Positions 13,101-25,138 of a stretch of 64,000 nucleotides of DNA are shown one piece after another. The notes below the pieces were generated by a model, which saw only the letters and a program-made list of their open reading frames with translations, had not been told where the DNA came from and made no database searches. Both the position numbers and the translations under genes were made by a program. The stretch comes from Octopus sinensis (lineage: Eukaryota), in the NCBI RefSeq assembly GCF_006345805.1, contig NC_043010.1, positions 66,526,001 to 66,590,000 on the forward strand. Reading direction: 5' to 3'. Numbering within the stretch: the stretch's first letter is position 1; every line of letters starts with the position of its first letter.

Positions 13101-14888
13101 GTTTGTATTTGTGTGTGTGTATATATATTAGGTTCAGAATAAATTATTTCCATTTTTTTTAAATCTTATATTCTGTGCCACCAATAACATTATATTTATA
13201 TAATGCCATCTGTCAATAAGTGTTGTTAATAATAATAATCCTTTCTACTAATGGCACAAAGCCTGAAATTTGGGGGGAAGGGGGGCTAGTCGATTACATC
13301 AACCCCAGTGTTTCACCAGTACTTCATTTATCTACCCCGAAAGGATGAAAGTCAAAGATGACCTCAGTGGAATTTGAACTCAGAATGTAAAGACGGATGA
13401 AATGCCGCTAAGCATTTTGCCTGGCATGCTAACAATTCTGCCAGCTCGCCACCTTTATAATAATAATCCTTTCTACTAGAGGCACAAGGCCTGAAATTTG
13501 GGGTTAGCCGGGGCCGGTTGATTACATTGATCCCAGGGCTTGACTGGTACTTAATTTATCAACCCTAAAAAGATGAAAGGCAAAGCTGACCTCGGTGGAA
13601 TTTGAACTCAGAATGTAAAGACAAAATACCACATTTTGCCTGGTGTGCTAACAATTTTGCCTACTCACCACCTTAATAACAAGTTTCGAATTTTGGCACA
13701 AGGCCAGCAATTTTGAGGGGACAAGGAAGTCGATAACATTAACCCCAGTGCTCAACTTGTACTTATTTTATCGACCCCAAAAGGATGAAAGGTAGAATCG
13801 ACCTTGGTGGCATTTGAACTGAAGTTGACTTTACTTTAATAATAATAATAATAATGTGCTGGGCTGTGCTTGAAATGATTAATTCAAGCTAAATAAATAC
13901 TTGAGTAAGGCAATTTGCTTCCACTTTTAAAGAGATATGAATTATATAGAGATATATATTTTAAAATTTATTCTAAAAGCAACTGAATAAAGACAAGATA
14001 AATATTATAGTTCTAAGTCAAAGCGAATGTCGTGTAATGTAATTAGACCAAATAATTCGATACTCGTTAAATATTATTGGACTAATTAGTGTAGAAGTAG
14101 TTTGATAGTCTTTAAGTATTAACTCCAGGTGCAATAAAAAAAAATGAAACATATATTAAACTAAACATCATGATGATGATGATGATGATGATGCTGCTGT
14201 GCTAATATTTTCTTAAAGAGCAAATGAAGCCTTAGAATTATGATAAATCTGGGAAGTTGTGGCATTCAACCATTTCCCATGGGCATTAGCAATGTAAGCT
14301 CTGACATTATACATACATACATATACATATATATATATTGGCCTGCTCGCTTAGCCAGCGGGGTGGCGTCATTCGAAGGCTAAAACAATGCAAAGTGCAT
14401 TGTGACCAGCGATGTGTAACTACATCTGATGGACTGGTCGGTCACAAAAAAAAAAGTATATATATATATATATAAAACTAGGAGTGACAAAGCTCGTTTA
14501 AATAGCTGATTTTTTAGGATCTCACCAATGTTGCACCATGCCATCAATCAATGTTAATTACTATACGATGGTAAACGATGACTGACCACGAAAAGGTGGA
14601 TGGCAGAGAATTCAGAGAGAGAGAGAGATGCACATTAGAAATGAAAAAATATTACCAAGTATCTGAAGAAAAAGAAAACGGAGATGAAAATAGAGAGTCC
14701 GTGGCCAATTGAAGACACTGAGAAAACACAATTCTGAGTAAAATCATTTCTCGAGTCATTTTTTTTTTTCTTAACTTCCAACCAGGATAAATATTATACA
14801 TTGGTACACTTTAACCAATTTTAGAACATACACATATGTATATTTATACATTATATATGATACATATATACACGCACACACACATCTC

Positions 14889-14923
<35 letters not shown>

Positions 14924-15171
14924 TATATATGTATGTATGTATGTATGAAGGGGTGCTGAAAAGTTCCTGGCTTTGGGTAAAAGGAAATACAGGAGAATCG
15001 GTTAATTATGATTTTATTTAACATGTTCATTCCCCTTTTCAGATTCACACACTTAGTGGAGTGGTCCATCAGTTTTTCTAAGCCCTGTGAAAGAACTCGT
15101 AAGGTTGGGCCTCCAACCAAGCCTTTCACAATACCCTTAAATCCAGGAAATTTTCAGCACCACATCATGTA

Positions 15172-15174
<3 letters not shown>

Positions 15175-15252
<78 letters not shown>
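15175..15252. repeat. Compound (TG)n(TA)n(CA)n microsatellite; similar tracts at about 15392-15430, 15587-15620, 21828-21880, 27826-27866, 35922-36008 and 43203-43296
   Basis: Seen directly. Confidence 0.95.
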
Positions 15253-15253
<1 letters not shown>

Positions 15254-15400
15254 TTTGTTTTTATTATATTAAGTTATATTAAAAACAATTTATATTAAAG
15301 CGAAGGATTACTCAATACTTTTTTTGTGGAGTATATGTTTGTTAAACTTTTACAAGAAGAGTGATGACAGAGACTTCTTGTAAAAAAAGTCATACATACA

Positions 15401-15437
<37 letters not shown>

Positions 15438-15520
15438 AAGCAAATAAATGGCACAACGAAGTACCGATATTTACTGGAAAATAGTAAATATCGGTACTTC
15501 GTTGTGCCATTTATTTGCTT
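15438..15520. repeat. Perfect 38-bp inverted repeat with a 7-nt loop
   Basis: 15438-15475 is the exact reverse complement of 15483-15520; loop GGAAAAT. Confidence 0.95.
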
Positions 15521-15582
15521 CTATGTATAATTTTCCCTCACGGGCTATTCTTTAATGGAAAGCAATACTCTCATATTGCATT

Positions 15583-15626
<44 letters not shown>

Positions 15627-16190
15627 AAGCTGTAAAAGCTTCACAAACCATTACTCAGTTGTGAAGTCTTTTCAGCTTCAACAAATTCATTTTACTCTAC
15701 CTTCAGTATTCAAGTATTATTTTATCCACCTTGTACATACATACATACATACATACATACATACTACACATTATATATATATATATATATGACACACATA
15801 TGCGTGTGTGTGTGCACTTACAAGCATATGCATTCATTGGGCTTAGTTAAAAGGAAAAGACAAAAGAATGGTGCCTAGAAGCATCAGAATAAGAAAGCTT
15901 TCTCTTTATATATGTCAATATATATAACAATGTTTCACGATTTACTTTCAACTTTTGGCTTTGGCTTTCTTTCTAAACTATGTTGTTCACAGCCATTTTT
16001 TTAAAACTGGAGATCATGTCACATATATATACAGACTTTCCTCCAGTAAGGGTTACTTAGCTTGGTTTTGGTGTTCTCTCGGTCTCTCCTCCATTACTAA
16101 GTTCCTGCTTAAATGGAATTTCAATTGTTTTAAATACACAGAGGGAAAGAGAGATAGAGAGAGAGAGAGATTTTTGCGTTGGGTTCACAA

Positions 16191-17140
16191 TCAATTTTCT
16201 CCACAACCGGCCGACTCTTCTTGACCTCGAGAAATATTACTGCTGTCGTTTGAGTGTATAGCAGAGTTCTGCATATCTACGTACATCATCTTTGATTTGG
16301 GATTATTGGGGAGAGAGTGTAGGGAAAGAGAAGAGGTTTGATGATTAGAGGTAGGAGTTAAAGGTATGTCTGTTGGGAGAGGACATTGAGGAAAATTAGT
16401 TGCTAAAGTCTGTTGGTTCTGAATACTTCGAGCTGAATACTTTGTCGTAGGAATATTAGGAGCTGACACGGTATTGTTATTTACTGCTAATTTTAAGTAG
16501 GGACCGATTTCATCCTGTTCTGTAGTAGCTGCATCAGAAGGTTGAGTTTGTTTATGGAAACTTTGAATGTCATTAATATGTTGGTTCGAAGAGCCAATTT
16601 CGTGTTCCTCCCGACAGTTGTGTGGTTTACACTTTGGTAACGAGCAACGAGTTGCTTTTGAGTAATTACACATAACAGATGATGAATTATCATCAGGTTT
16701 ATTCATTTTAGGATAGTTCTGTGTTGATTTCAAACTCGCACCGACTGGAAGTATTACGTAATTGGGCTCTTGATTCAGTTCGTCGCCATTCAGAGAGTGT
16801 TTTAAAGAATGCGATTTCAAAGAAGTATGTTCCGTTGTGTTCCTTAGCATGGTGGAAGTGTTGTTGTAGCTGTTGGTCATCGACCTCATGGAGATTTTGT
16901 TGCTTGGACCGGAAATAGTGTTGTAATGGGGGAAATTCTGAATACTCGCTTGTACTGGAGCTGATAGTTTGTTGAGGATGGTGTCGGTATTTTGGGTGTC
17001 AGCTCTGATCGGGTTGGCAGAGTGTGAAGAAAGATTGAAATCTTCGTTAGCCTGCTTACAAAGCCAATCTTTAGCATCAAAGTTCTTCAAGATGACTTCC
17101 ATTTGTAGCTTTCTCTTACTGTCATCGTTTTTCAAGAAAT
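16191..17140 (-). CDS. ABRAXAS2: Abraxas/ABRO1-family gene, exon 8 (long low-complexity C-terminal tail, stop)
   Basis: Acceptor tttcttttaag at 17141; 950 nt open to TGA (ORF track 16191..17135); phase matches exon 7. S/N/T/Q/P-rich. Confidence 0.78.
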
Positions 17141-17339
17141 CTTAAAAGAAAATTTAAAGAAATAAGTAAACAGGTAATTTATTAGCTACGAAATGAAAGA
17201 AATTATTTATTAATCATCACCATCACCCACTTTATAGTCACCCATCCTGTCTCTTTGTTAATACTCCCCCACCTTATTGCCTCATCAATACCTGCCATCT
17301 CTTCAATAACATCCCACCCCCTCATTAATAAGCCACCCA

Positions 17340-17660
17340 AACACACACTATCACCTCACTAATAAACTACACACACACACACACACACACTGTCACTTCA
17401 TTAACCACACACACCGTCACTTCATTAATAACCTCTCACACACTGTCACTTCATTAAACCCCCACACACACTCAGTCACTTCATTAATAACCCCCCCACA
17501 CACACACACTGTCACTTCATTAATAACCCCTCACAGACACACACACACACTTCATTAATAACCCCTCACACATACAGTCACTTCATTAATAACCCCTCAC
17601 ACACACTGTCACTTCATTAATAACCCCTCACACACACTGTCACTTCATTAACCCACACAC
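17340..17660. repeat. ~30-bp CA-rich minisatellite (CACACTGTCACTTCATTAATAACCCCT) in Abraxas intron 7
   Basis: About 9 imperfect tandem units. Confidence 0.85.
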
Positions 17661-17900
17661 ACACAATATCACCACATCAACAATGCCCCACCCCCTCATT
17701 AACATCTCCTCCATCACCTAATAAACACATCCCATGCGATCCCATTACCAACTCTGTTACCTCATTAATAACCTAATTATCTTAATAACTTAAGAGTTGC
17801 AACCAAAACAAAAACAGAAAAAACAATTATACAGTGGAATTAAATTAAAAATCAATAACTTCTGGAGAATAAATTATATATATATATAAATTACAGGTAC

Positions 17901-18120
17901 CTGTAATTAAATGATTATTGGTTGTAAGCCTTTGACAGTCTTTCTTGTCGTTATCAACGCCCTCAATAAATGCATCTAACCTGTGGACATTCATAGGTGC
18001 AAATGAACTGTTTGACTGTGATGTCTTGTTCAGTTTGTTGACCTTTCTTTCATACACCTCGACTTCAGCTTCCAAGCGTTCCAACTGTTTTTCTTCATCA
18101 GATACCAGTGAGCTTATTTT
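17901..18120 (-). CDS. ABRAXAS2: Abraxas/ABRO1-family gene, exon 7 (coiled coil)
   Basis: Acceptor ttttctag. KISSLVSDEEKQLERLEAEVEVYERKVNKL... matches the family coiled coil (ABRO1 VEKSERVVESCQAEVNKL). Donor AG|gtacct, with an alternative in-frame gtaatt donor 6 nt further on. Confidence 0.82.
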
Positions 18121-18185
18121 CTAGAAAATTGATAAAAAAGGAACACAAGAGTTGGCTTCTGGTGATACCATTAAAGGGAGAGAAT

Positions 18186-18824
18186 TTCTTCTTATTTCTT
18201 TACTGCCCACAAGGGGCTACACACAGAGGGGACAAACAAGGACAGACAAACGGATTAAGTCGATTATATCGACCCCAGTGGATAACTGGTACTTATTCAA
18301 TTGACCCCGAAAGGATGAAAGGCAAAGTCAACCTCGGTGGAATTTGAACTCAGAACGTAAAGATAGACGAAATACCGTTAAGCATTTCGCCCGGCATGTT
18401 AACGTTTCTTATTTCTTTATTGTCCACAAGGGGCTACACACAGAAGGGACAAACAAGGACAGACAAACGGATTAAGTCGATTATATCGACCCCAGTGCGT
18501 AAATGGCACTTATTTAATCGACCCCGAAAGGGTGAAAAGCAAAGTTGACCCCGGCGGAATTTGAACTCAGAACGTAGCGGCAGACGAAATACCTATTTCT
18601 TTACTACCCACAAGGGGCTAAATACAGAGAGAACAAACAAGGACAGAAAAACAGATTAAGTCAATTATATCGACCCCAGTGCATAACTGGTACTTATTTA
18701 ATCAACCCCAAAAGGATGAAAGGCAAAGTCAACCTCGGCGGAATTTGAACTAAGAACATAGTGGCAAACGAAATACCGCTAAGCATTTCACCCGGCATGC
18801 TAACGTTTCTGCCAACTCGCCACC
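18186..18824 (-). mobile_element. Head-to-tail trimer of SINE family B in Abraxas intron 6
   Basis: Three consecutive copies joined at about 18410 and 18594. Confidence 0.85.
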
Positions 18825-19821
18825 TTTCTAGGAGTCAAAACTTGTCTCTAAAACCACATTAAGAGAGAATCTTTTCTTGCTTAAGCTGAGTTAAGTTGAC
18901 AAATACGTATATTTAACCTTTCATCTTTTACTTGTTTCAGTCATTTGACTGCAACCATGCTGGGGCACCACCTTGAATGGTTTTAGTCAGACAACTCAAC
19001 CGCAGATCTTAGCCTTTTTTCAAGCCTGGGGGTTTAGTCTCTCGGTCTCTTTTGCCAAAGTGCTAGGTGACAGGGACATAATTTCAATTTTTTATTTTTT
19101 TTACATAAAATGAAATGAAATTGACAAACGCATCTTTAACCTTTTATCTTTTATTGCTTCAGTCATTTGACTGTGGCCATGCTGGAGCACCGCCTTGAAT
19201 AGTTTTAGTCAAACAAATCAGCCCCAGGACTAAGCATTTTTTTTTAAGCCTGGTTCTTATTCTATCAGTCCCTTTTGCTGAACAGCTAAGTTATGGAGAC
19301 ATAAATGAGGACATATATTTAATGTCATTTTTAATTATTTTTGTTTCTTACATGAAATAAAATAAAGTTTTTCTAAAGTTTTTGAAAGAAACATAAATAA
19401 AAACTTTAGAAAATATAAAAGAATCTGAACAAGTCACAAAAGCCATTTGATCCAAAACATTGGTTCTCTACTTTTCATAGCTTAGTGACCCCTCTTACTG
19501 AATGGCATTTTACAAACAACCTCTTCATATGTTTTTGTTTTGGGGGTATTTTTTGCTCTGGGGGTTGTTATTTCTTTTTAATCAAAATTAAGCTAATTTT
19601 GCATACGGGGTTATTATCCCTATTTTCTTATATGATCCCATCCAGTAGGTGCCTCTTTTTTTTTTTATATTTCTATTGATTAGTGACTCCAGGTTAAATT
19701 TTACTTATATTTCTAAGATTTAATTCAAGAAATATCTTGAAAAGCAATCAAAATTCAGTTTACACAACTGTAAAATTTAGCAAAAAAAAAAAATATATAT
19801 ATATATATTCGTGGAAAGTTA

Positions 19822-19854
<33 letters not shown>

Positions 19855-20128
19855 AGTGGTGAGCTGGTGGAATTGCTAGCATGCTGGACAAAATGCTAGT
19901 AAGCATTTTCTGTCTTTATGTTCTGAGTTTAAATTCCACTGAGATCAACTTTGCCTTTCGTCCTTTCGGGGTTGATAAAATAAGTACTGGTCAAATATTA
20001 TGATCAACTTCTCCCTTCTCTCAAAAACTGAAGGCCCTGCACCAAAATTTTAAACCATTATTGAATTTGATTTTATAAAAACTTTGAAGAAATATTATAT
20101 TCTGAAAAAAACATATTTTCCAACTTAC

Positions 20129-20213
20129 TTCAAGCTGTGTTAACAAGTTAGCTGAAAGCTCTTTAACCAAGCCAACTTCCCGAATATCTCCTCTTTCATC
20201 ATGGAACCGATTT
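20129..20213 (-). CDS. ABRAXAS2: Abraxas/ABRO1-family gene, exon 6
   Basis: Acceptor ctgacag, donor gtaagt. NRFHDERGDIREVGLVKELSANLLTQLE; phases match both neighbours. Confidence 0.85.
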
Positions 20214-21114
20214 CTGTCAGGTGAGAAATTATAAATTTTAATGTGTGTGTGTGTGCGATTTGTGTTGTAGTTTTGAAGTATTGAGAAGTTTGAAAATAGA
20301 GTCTTTATGAACTGAAGTCAAATGTGTATGTGACAAGACTTAAACCAAACAATTACAGCCTAACTCTCAATAAGCAATATTTCAGTAGGTGTCACATCTT
20401 AGCAAACACTAACATAGCAAGCATGAACTAAGTGTGTGTGTGCCTACGTTAGGAGTGTAACCAGTCCACTTATGCATGTCTTTTCTTCATTGGACACTAA
20501 ACTCTGCTCGGAAGAGACCAGTTGAGGTAAGTGAAATCGAAGTCAAAATCAAACTCGGTGACTGGCATCCGTTGCTAGAGGAGCTCTAAGAGTACCATAT
20601 GAGTGAGATCGTTGCCAGAGCAACAAGCTGGCCTTAGTGCCGATGGCACGTTAAGCACACCATTCGAGCGTGATCATTACCGCATCACCTTACCAGCACT
20701 TGTACTGGTGGCACGTGAAACATTCGAGCGAGGTCGTCGCCAGTGCCGCTGGACTGGCTCCTGTGCAGGTGGCATGTAAAAAGCACCATTTGGGGCGTGG
20801 CCATTGCCAGTACCACCAAACTGGCACATAAAAGCACCCACTACACTCTCAGAGTGGTTGGTGTTAAGAAGGGCATCCAGCTGTAGAAACTCTACCAGAT
20901 CAGATTGGAGTCTGGTTTGCCAGACCTCAGTCAAATTGTCCAACCCATGTTAACATGGAAAGCAGACGTTAAATGATGATGGTGTGAATATGTAAGCTTT
21001 ACGTTTGACAAAATAGTCTGAATGCTAAAAGGTTAAAACGACATTTAAAACTGCATGAATAAATTATAATTAATTATAATTACATTTAAAGTGTAATTTA
21101 CAAAATATACTTAC

Positions 21115-21246
21115 TCAAACTTTTGCACAACAGTTTGGTAAATACCAGTTTGCAGGTTATTGGCTGTACCATATGGTTTGTATTGGGAATGTGTGGTGTC
21201 ACCAAGGTTTATCACAGACAGTGAAATTGGTAAAAACTCATTAGAA
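21115..21246 (-). CDS. ABRAXAS2: Abraxas/ABRO1-family gene, exon 5
   Basis: Acceptor ttttctag, donor gtaagt. SNEFLPISLSVINLGDTTHSQYK resembles ABRO1 ISLAIPNLGNTSQQEYK. Confidence 0.9.
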
Positions 21247-21336
21247 CTAGAAAATAAAAGAAACATAAACAAACAAGAATGAGAGATCGTAAATGAGACA
21301 AATACTAAATTCAAGTAGAAATATTTTTTCAACACA

Positions 21337-21408
21337 TCCTTGGTAGTATAGTGGTAAGTATGCCCACCTGTCACACAGGAGACCGGGGTTCAATTCCCCG
21401 TCGGGGAG
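21337..21408 (+). pseudogene. tRNA-Asp(GTC) pseudogene, antisense in an Abraxas intron
   Basis: 72 nt TCCTTGGTAGTATAGTGGTAAGTATGCCCACCTGTCACACAGGAGACCGGGGTTCAATTCCCCGTCGGGGAG aligns to eukaryotic tRNA-Asp. The anticodon stem has 3 mismatches and the T-loop is TTCAATT, mostly CpG transitions. Confidence 0.85.
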
Positions 21409-21826
21409 GCTATTTAACTTTTATAGGCATAGGAGTGGCTGTGTAGTAAGTGGCTTGCTTATGAACCACATGGTTCCGGGTTCACTCTCACTGCATGACA
21501 CCTTGAGCAAGCGTCTTCTACTATAACCTTGGGCCGACCAAAGACTTGTGAGTGGATTTGGTAGACGGAAACTGAAAGAAGCCCGTCATATATGTGTGTG
21601 TGTGTGTGTGTGTTTGTGTGTCTGTGTTTGTCCCCTCCCCCCCACATCGTTTGACAACTGAGGCTTGGTGTGTTTACATCTCCGTAACTTAACAGTTAGG
21701 CAAAAGCAACCGATAGAATAAGTACTAGGCTTACAAAGAATAAGTCCTGGGGTCGATTTGCTCGACTAAAGGCAGTGCTCAGGCATGGCCACAGTCAAAT
21801 GACTGAAACAAGTAAAAGAGTAAAAG

Positions 21827-21881
<55 letters not shown>

Positions 21882-22286
21882 GAGCTGGCAGAATCATTAG
21901 CACGCTAGACAATATGCTTAACGACATTTCAACAATCTGAGTTCAAATTCTGCCAAGGTTGACTTTGCCTTTCATCTTGAGCACTGGGGTCGATGTATTC
22001 AGCTTAACTCCACCTCTGAAATTGCTGGCCTTGGACCAAAATTTTGAAATCACTATTATTATTAAAAATACTAAAAACTACACAAAAACCATATGAAATT
22101 CAGCTACCCAGAGTTTCATGACCAGAGTGTTAAATTTATTTCATCGTTTCTTATGTCAGTAGTGTCAACATGGTAGGTGTATCAGCTTGTATGAGTTAAA
22201 TAACGTTCGTATATATATATATATATACAAGAAAAGGTGAAGGCCAAACAAGCGTTATTAATGAATAATAGTGGAAAAGTATTTAC

Positions 22287-22486
22287 CTGTGTGAAAACTT
22301 GTACAGTACATGATCATATGAATGCGTTGCCATGTTGTAAGAAGTGGAAGCTGTGGTTAAAAGGAAAACAAAATTCTCCGGTTGGGTAATGTCCAGAAAC
22401 TGTACCAGGTTCTTGTGAACAGCATTTTCTAAGAGAGAGACTTGTAAAGTTGAGTTCCGTCGGAAACGATACCAACCAACTATTTC
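22287..22486 (-). CDS. ABRAXAS2: Abraxas/ABRO1-family gene, exon 4 (MPN- core)
   Basis: EIVGWYRFRRNSTLQVSLLENAVHKNL...FVFLLTT...THSYDHVLYK matches the family hallmark VIGWYRFRRN...LVFLL...STH. Donor gtaaat. Confidence 0.93.
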
Positions 22487-23230
22487 CTTGACATGAAAAA
22501 AAAATAATAATAATAAATCAACGGATGAAAGTATAATTCAAATTATTTGTCATAAAACTATAAATACATCAAGTACAACAAAAAATGATAATACTGTTTG
22601 TAAGTTTAACTGGAATGGTTTGAATACACAAATTTAGCAATCAGATTACTGTGAAATGTGATGCTTAATTATTCACATTGTTTTGAATGAGCGTGATCGT
22701 TACCAGCGTCACCTTACTGGCACGTGAACAAAACATTTGAGCAAGGTCGTTGCCAGTGCCGCTAGACTGGCTCCTGTGCAAGATGGCACGTAAAAAAAAC
22801 ACCATTTTGAGCGTGGCCGTTGCCAGTATTGCCAGACTGGCCCACGTGCCGGTGGCAAGTAAAAGCACCCACTAAACTCTCGGAGTGGTTGGCATTAGGA
22901 AGGGCATCCAGCTGTAGAAACTCTGCCAGATCAGATTGGAACCTGGCGCAGCCATCTGGTTCGCCAGTCCTCAGTCAAATCGTCCAACCTATGCTAGCAT
23001 GGAAAGCAGACGTTAAACGATGATGATTGTAAGGTGAGAAGCCAGTTGGAACATAAAACAGAATATTTGAAGCAAACATGGCCTATTTAAATGCTAAAAG
23101 GTCAAAATATTAATCAGTTTGTGCTATTTAAATGTTCTAACTTTAGTGTGTTTTAGCCATCACCATCCTTAAAGCTGGAGTACATCTACTCATTGCAAAT
23201 ACCTGACAGAATTTTCATTTAGATAATTAA

Positions 23231-23450
23231 CACTTTAGTGTTCAGATTACTCTGTTGAATGTAATGCTTTTACGCTCAAATCATTTAGAATTAATCATGC
23301 ATTATCTTATAGCCTTGCGGTTTCAATGATGTGATTGTTTATTTCTAGAATGTCAGTGTAGGCTAGGTGTGAGAGGTTAGATATGGCCAGTTTGAATGTA
23401 AAACATGTAGAATATTTGGGCTGGACATAGCTGGTTTAAACACTAAAGGG
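23231..23450. mobile_element. piggyBac-type MITE
   Basis: TTAA|CACTTTAGTGTT ... AACACTAAAGGG|TTAA: short TIRs with a TTAA TSD. Confidence 0.65.
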
Positions 23451-23960
23451 TTAAGAAATGTTTCTTAAATGTAACACAACCATTAAATAATGTAATTACA
23501 CATCAGATGTGGGTTATGTAAGCTTGGGAAGGAAATAAAATGAAATGATATGACCTCCCCACAAAACTGCCAACATATCATAAGCAATTTTTTTCATAAG
23601 CTTGTACTAACAAACTGTGACAGTTTAGTTTGTTTTCAATATTTTTATTATTATTAACAATAATTGTGCCTAGGTGGATATATGCTTACTGGCTTCCTAA
23701 CCTATGGCACTTGATCCCCCATCTGTACTACAGCCAAATTAGGCAAATGGCGATTTTTTTTTATATATTTACAAATATAAAAAGAGGGTTTCTTGAATGC
23801 CAGCACTTACGGTGTCTAAGATCATATGAAAGTTTGTAAAAGTATATGTTAAAAAAAAAATATAATCATTATAAATTTATAATCTAAAAAAAAAAACAAA
23901 TAATTTAGAGAAAAAAACCCATTTAAGATAAAATTTTAAGCAATGAATAAAGGTCCAAAC

Positions 23961-24064
23961 CTTCTGTTTGTCTTTTAATATTGCTTTTAGGCTCTCAGGA
24001 ATAATCTTTCCTCTTCGGTCGTAGAAGCGATTTGTATGTGAACATGGGAGGTGAGAGGAGATAT
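23961..24064 (-). CDS. ABRAXAS2: Abraxas/ABRO1-family gene, exon 3
   Basis: Acceptor ctctttctctacag, donor AAG|gtttgg. ISSHLPCSHTNRFYDRRGKIIPESLKAILKDKQK resembles ABRO1 HQPCSKLFSFYD...ESLDRILKDRRK. Confidence 0.9.
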
Positions 24065-24973
24065 CTGTAGAGAAAGAGTAAATGAATGCATTTTATCAAA
24101 TCAGATAAACAGATTGAATATTATTATTATTATTATTATTGTTGTTGTTAGTTATTTTTTTAAACTTTTTATGTGCCTTTTATGTACCCCCACATTGTAT
24201 TGTCCTGTGCCATGCCCAATGTTCTTTGTACTTAATAACATTATTATTATCAAAGGCAGCTAGCTGGCAGAATCGTTAGCATGCTAGGCAAAATGCTTAG
24301 CAATGGTTCATCTGTCTTCACATTCTGAGTTCAAATTCCACTGAAGTCGATTTTAGCTCTCGTCCTTTCGGGGGTCAATGAAGTAAGTACCAGTTGAGTA
24401 CTGGGGTTGATGTAATCAACTATTCCCCACCCCAAAAATTTCAGGCTTAGTATCTATAGTAGAAACTGTAGTCCTAGATATATGTTCCTTTTTTTTTTTT
24501 TTTTAAATCATAGGTCTCTTAAGAGAACTGACCAAGGGATCAAAATACCAGGCAGTTGTTCAGCCATCTAAACCAACCCCTAACTTCACTCAATATAGTT
24601 CAAAATGGATTTAGTAAAACAAGAAGCTCTGTCATTCACCAACCTAAATGCAAGCATCCATAATGAAATTATTGACAGAAAAATAAGTTGTGCACACATC
24701 ATTGGATGTAGTCTCCCTTAGTCAGTATGGTACAGGTGTAAATTCAAAATATCCATTAAATCTTTTTATACCAACCCACCTGAGACCACCCCTGGTTATA
24801 TGATACCCCTACCCCTGAAGTTGCTGGCCTCATGCCAAAATTTTAAACCAATATTAACCACTTCTTACCATTTTTTTTTTAGTGAGTTAATCAAAGCCCC
24901 TAAGACGATAATGAAAGTGAAAGTTGAAAGTTCAATAACCGCCACAAAAAAGTAATGAAAAAACTAAACTTAC

Positions 24974-25064
24974 GGACATAAGTCTCCACTTTAGTAGCAT
25001 TAATTTGGGAATCGCTGACTGTGTCTTTAACATTAACAATGATTTTTCCAATCAAAAAACCAAA
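24974..25064 (-). CDS. ABRAXAS2: Abraxas/ABRO1-family gene, exon 2
   Basis: Acceptor ttctattttag, donor gtaagt. FGFLIGKIIVNVKDTVSDSQI matches the family GFLLG...ISDSQI motif. Confidence 0.9.
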
Positions 25065-25138
25065 CTAAAATAGAAAAAAAAATTTAGACATTTAAAAATT
25101 ACATCAACAACAAACCAGTAAGGGAGCTTCTATGCAAA

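Noticed and set aside
16070-16225. Alternative open frame past the Abraxas stop (VKKSRPVVEKID...ERTPKPS*)
   Set aside because: Crosses a (CT)n microsatellite, needs a frameshift, and still gives no SPxF motif.
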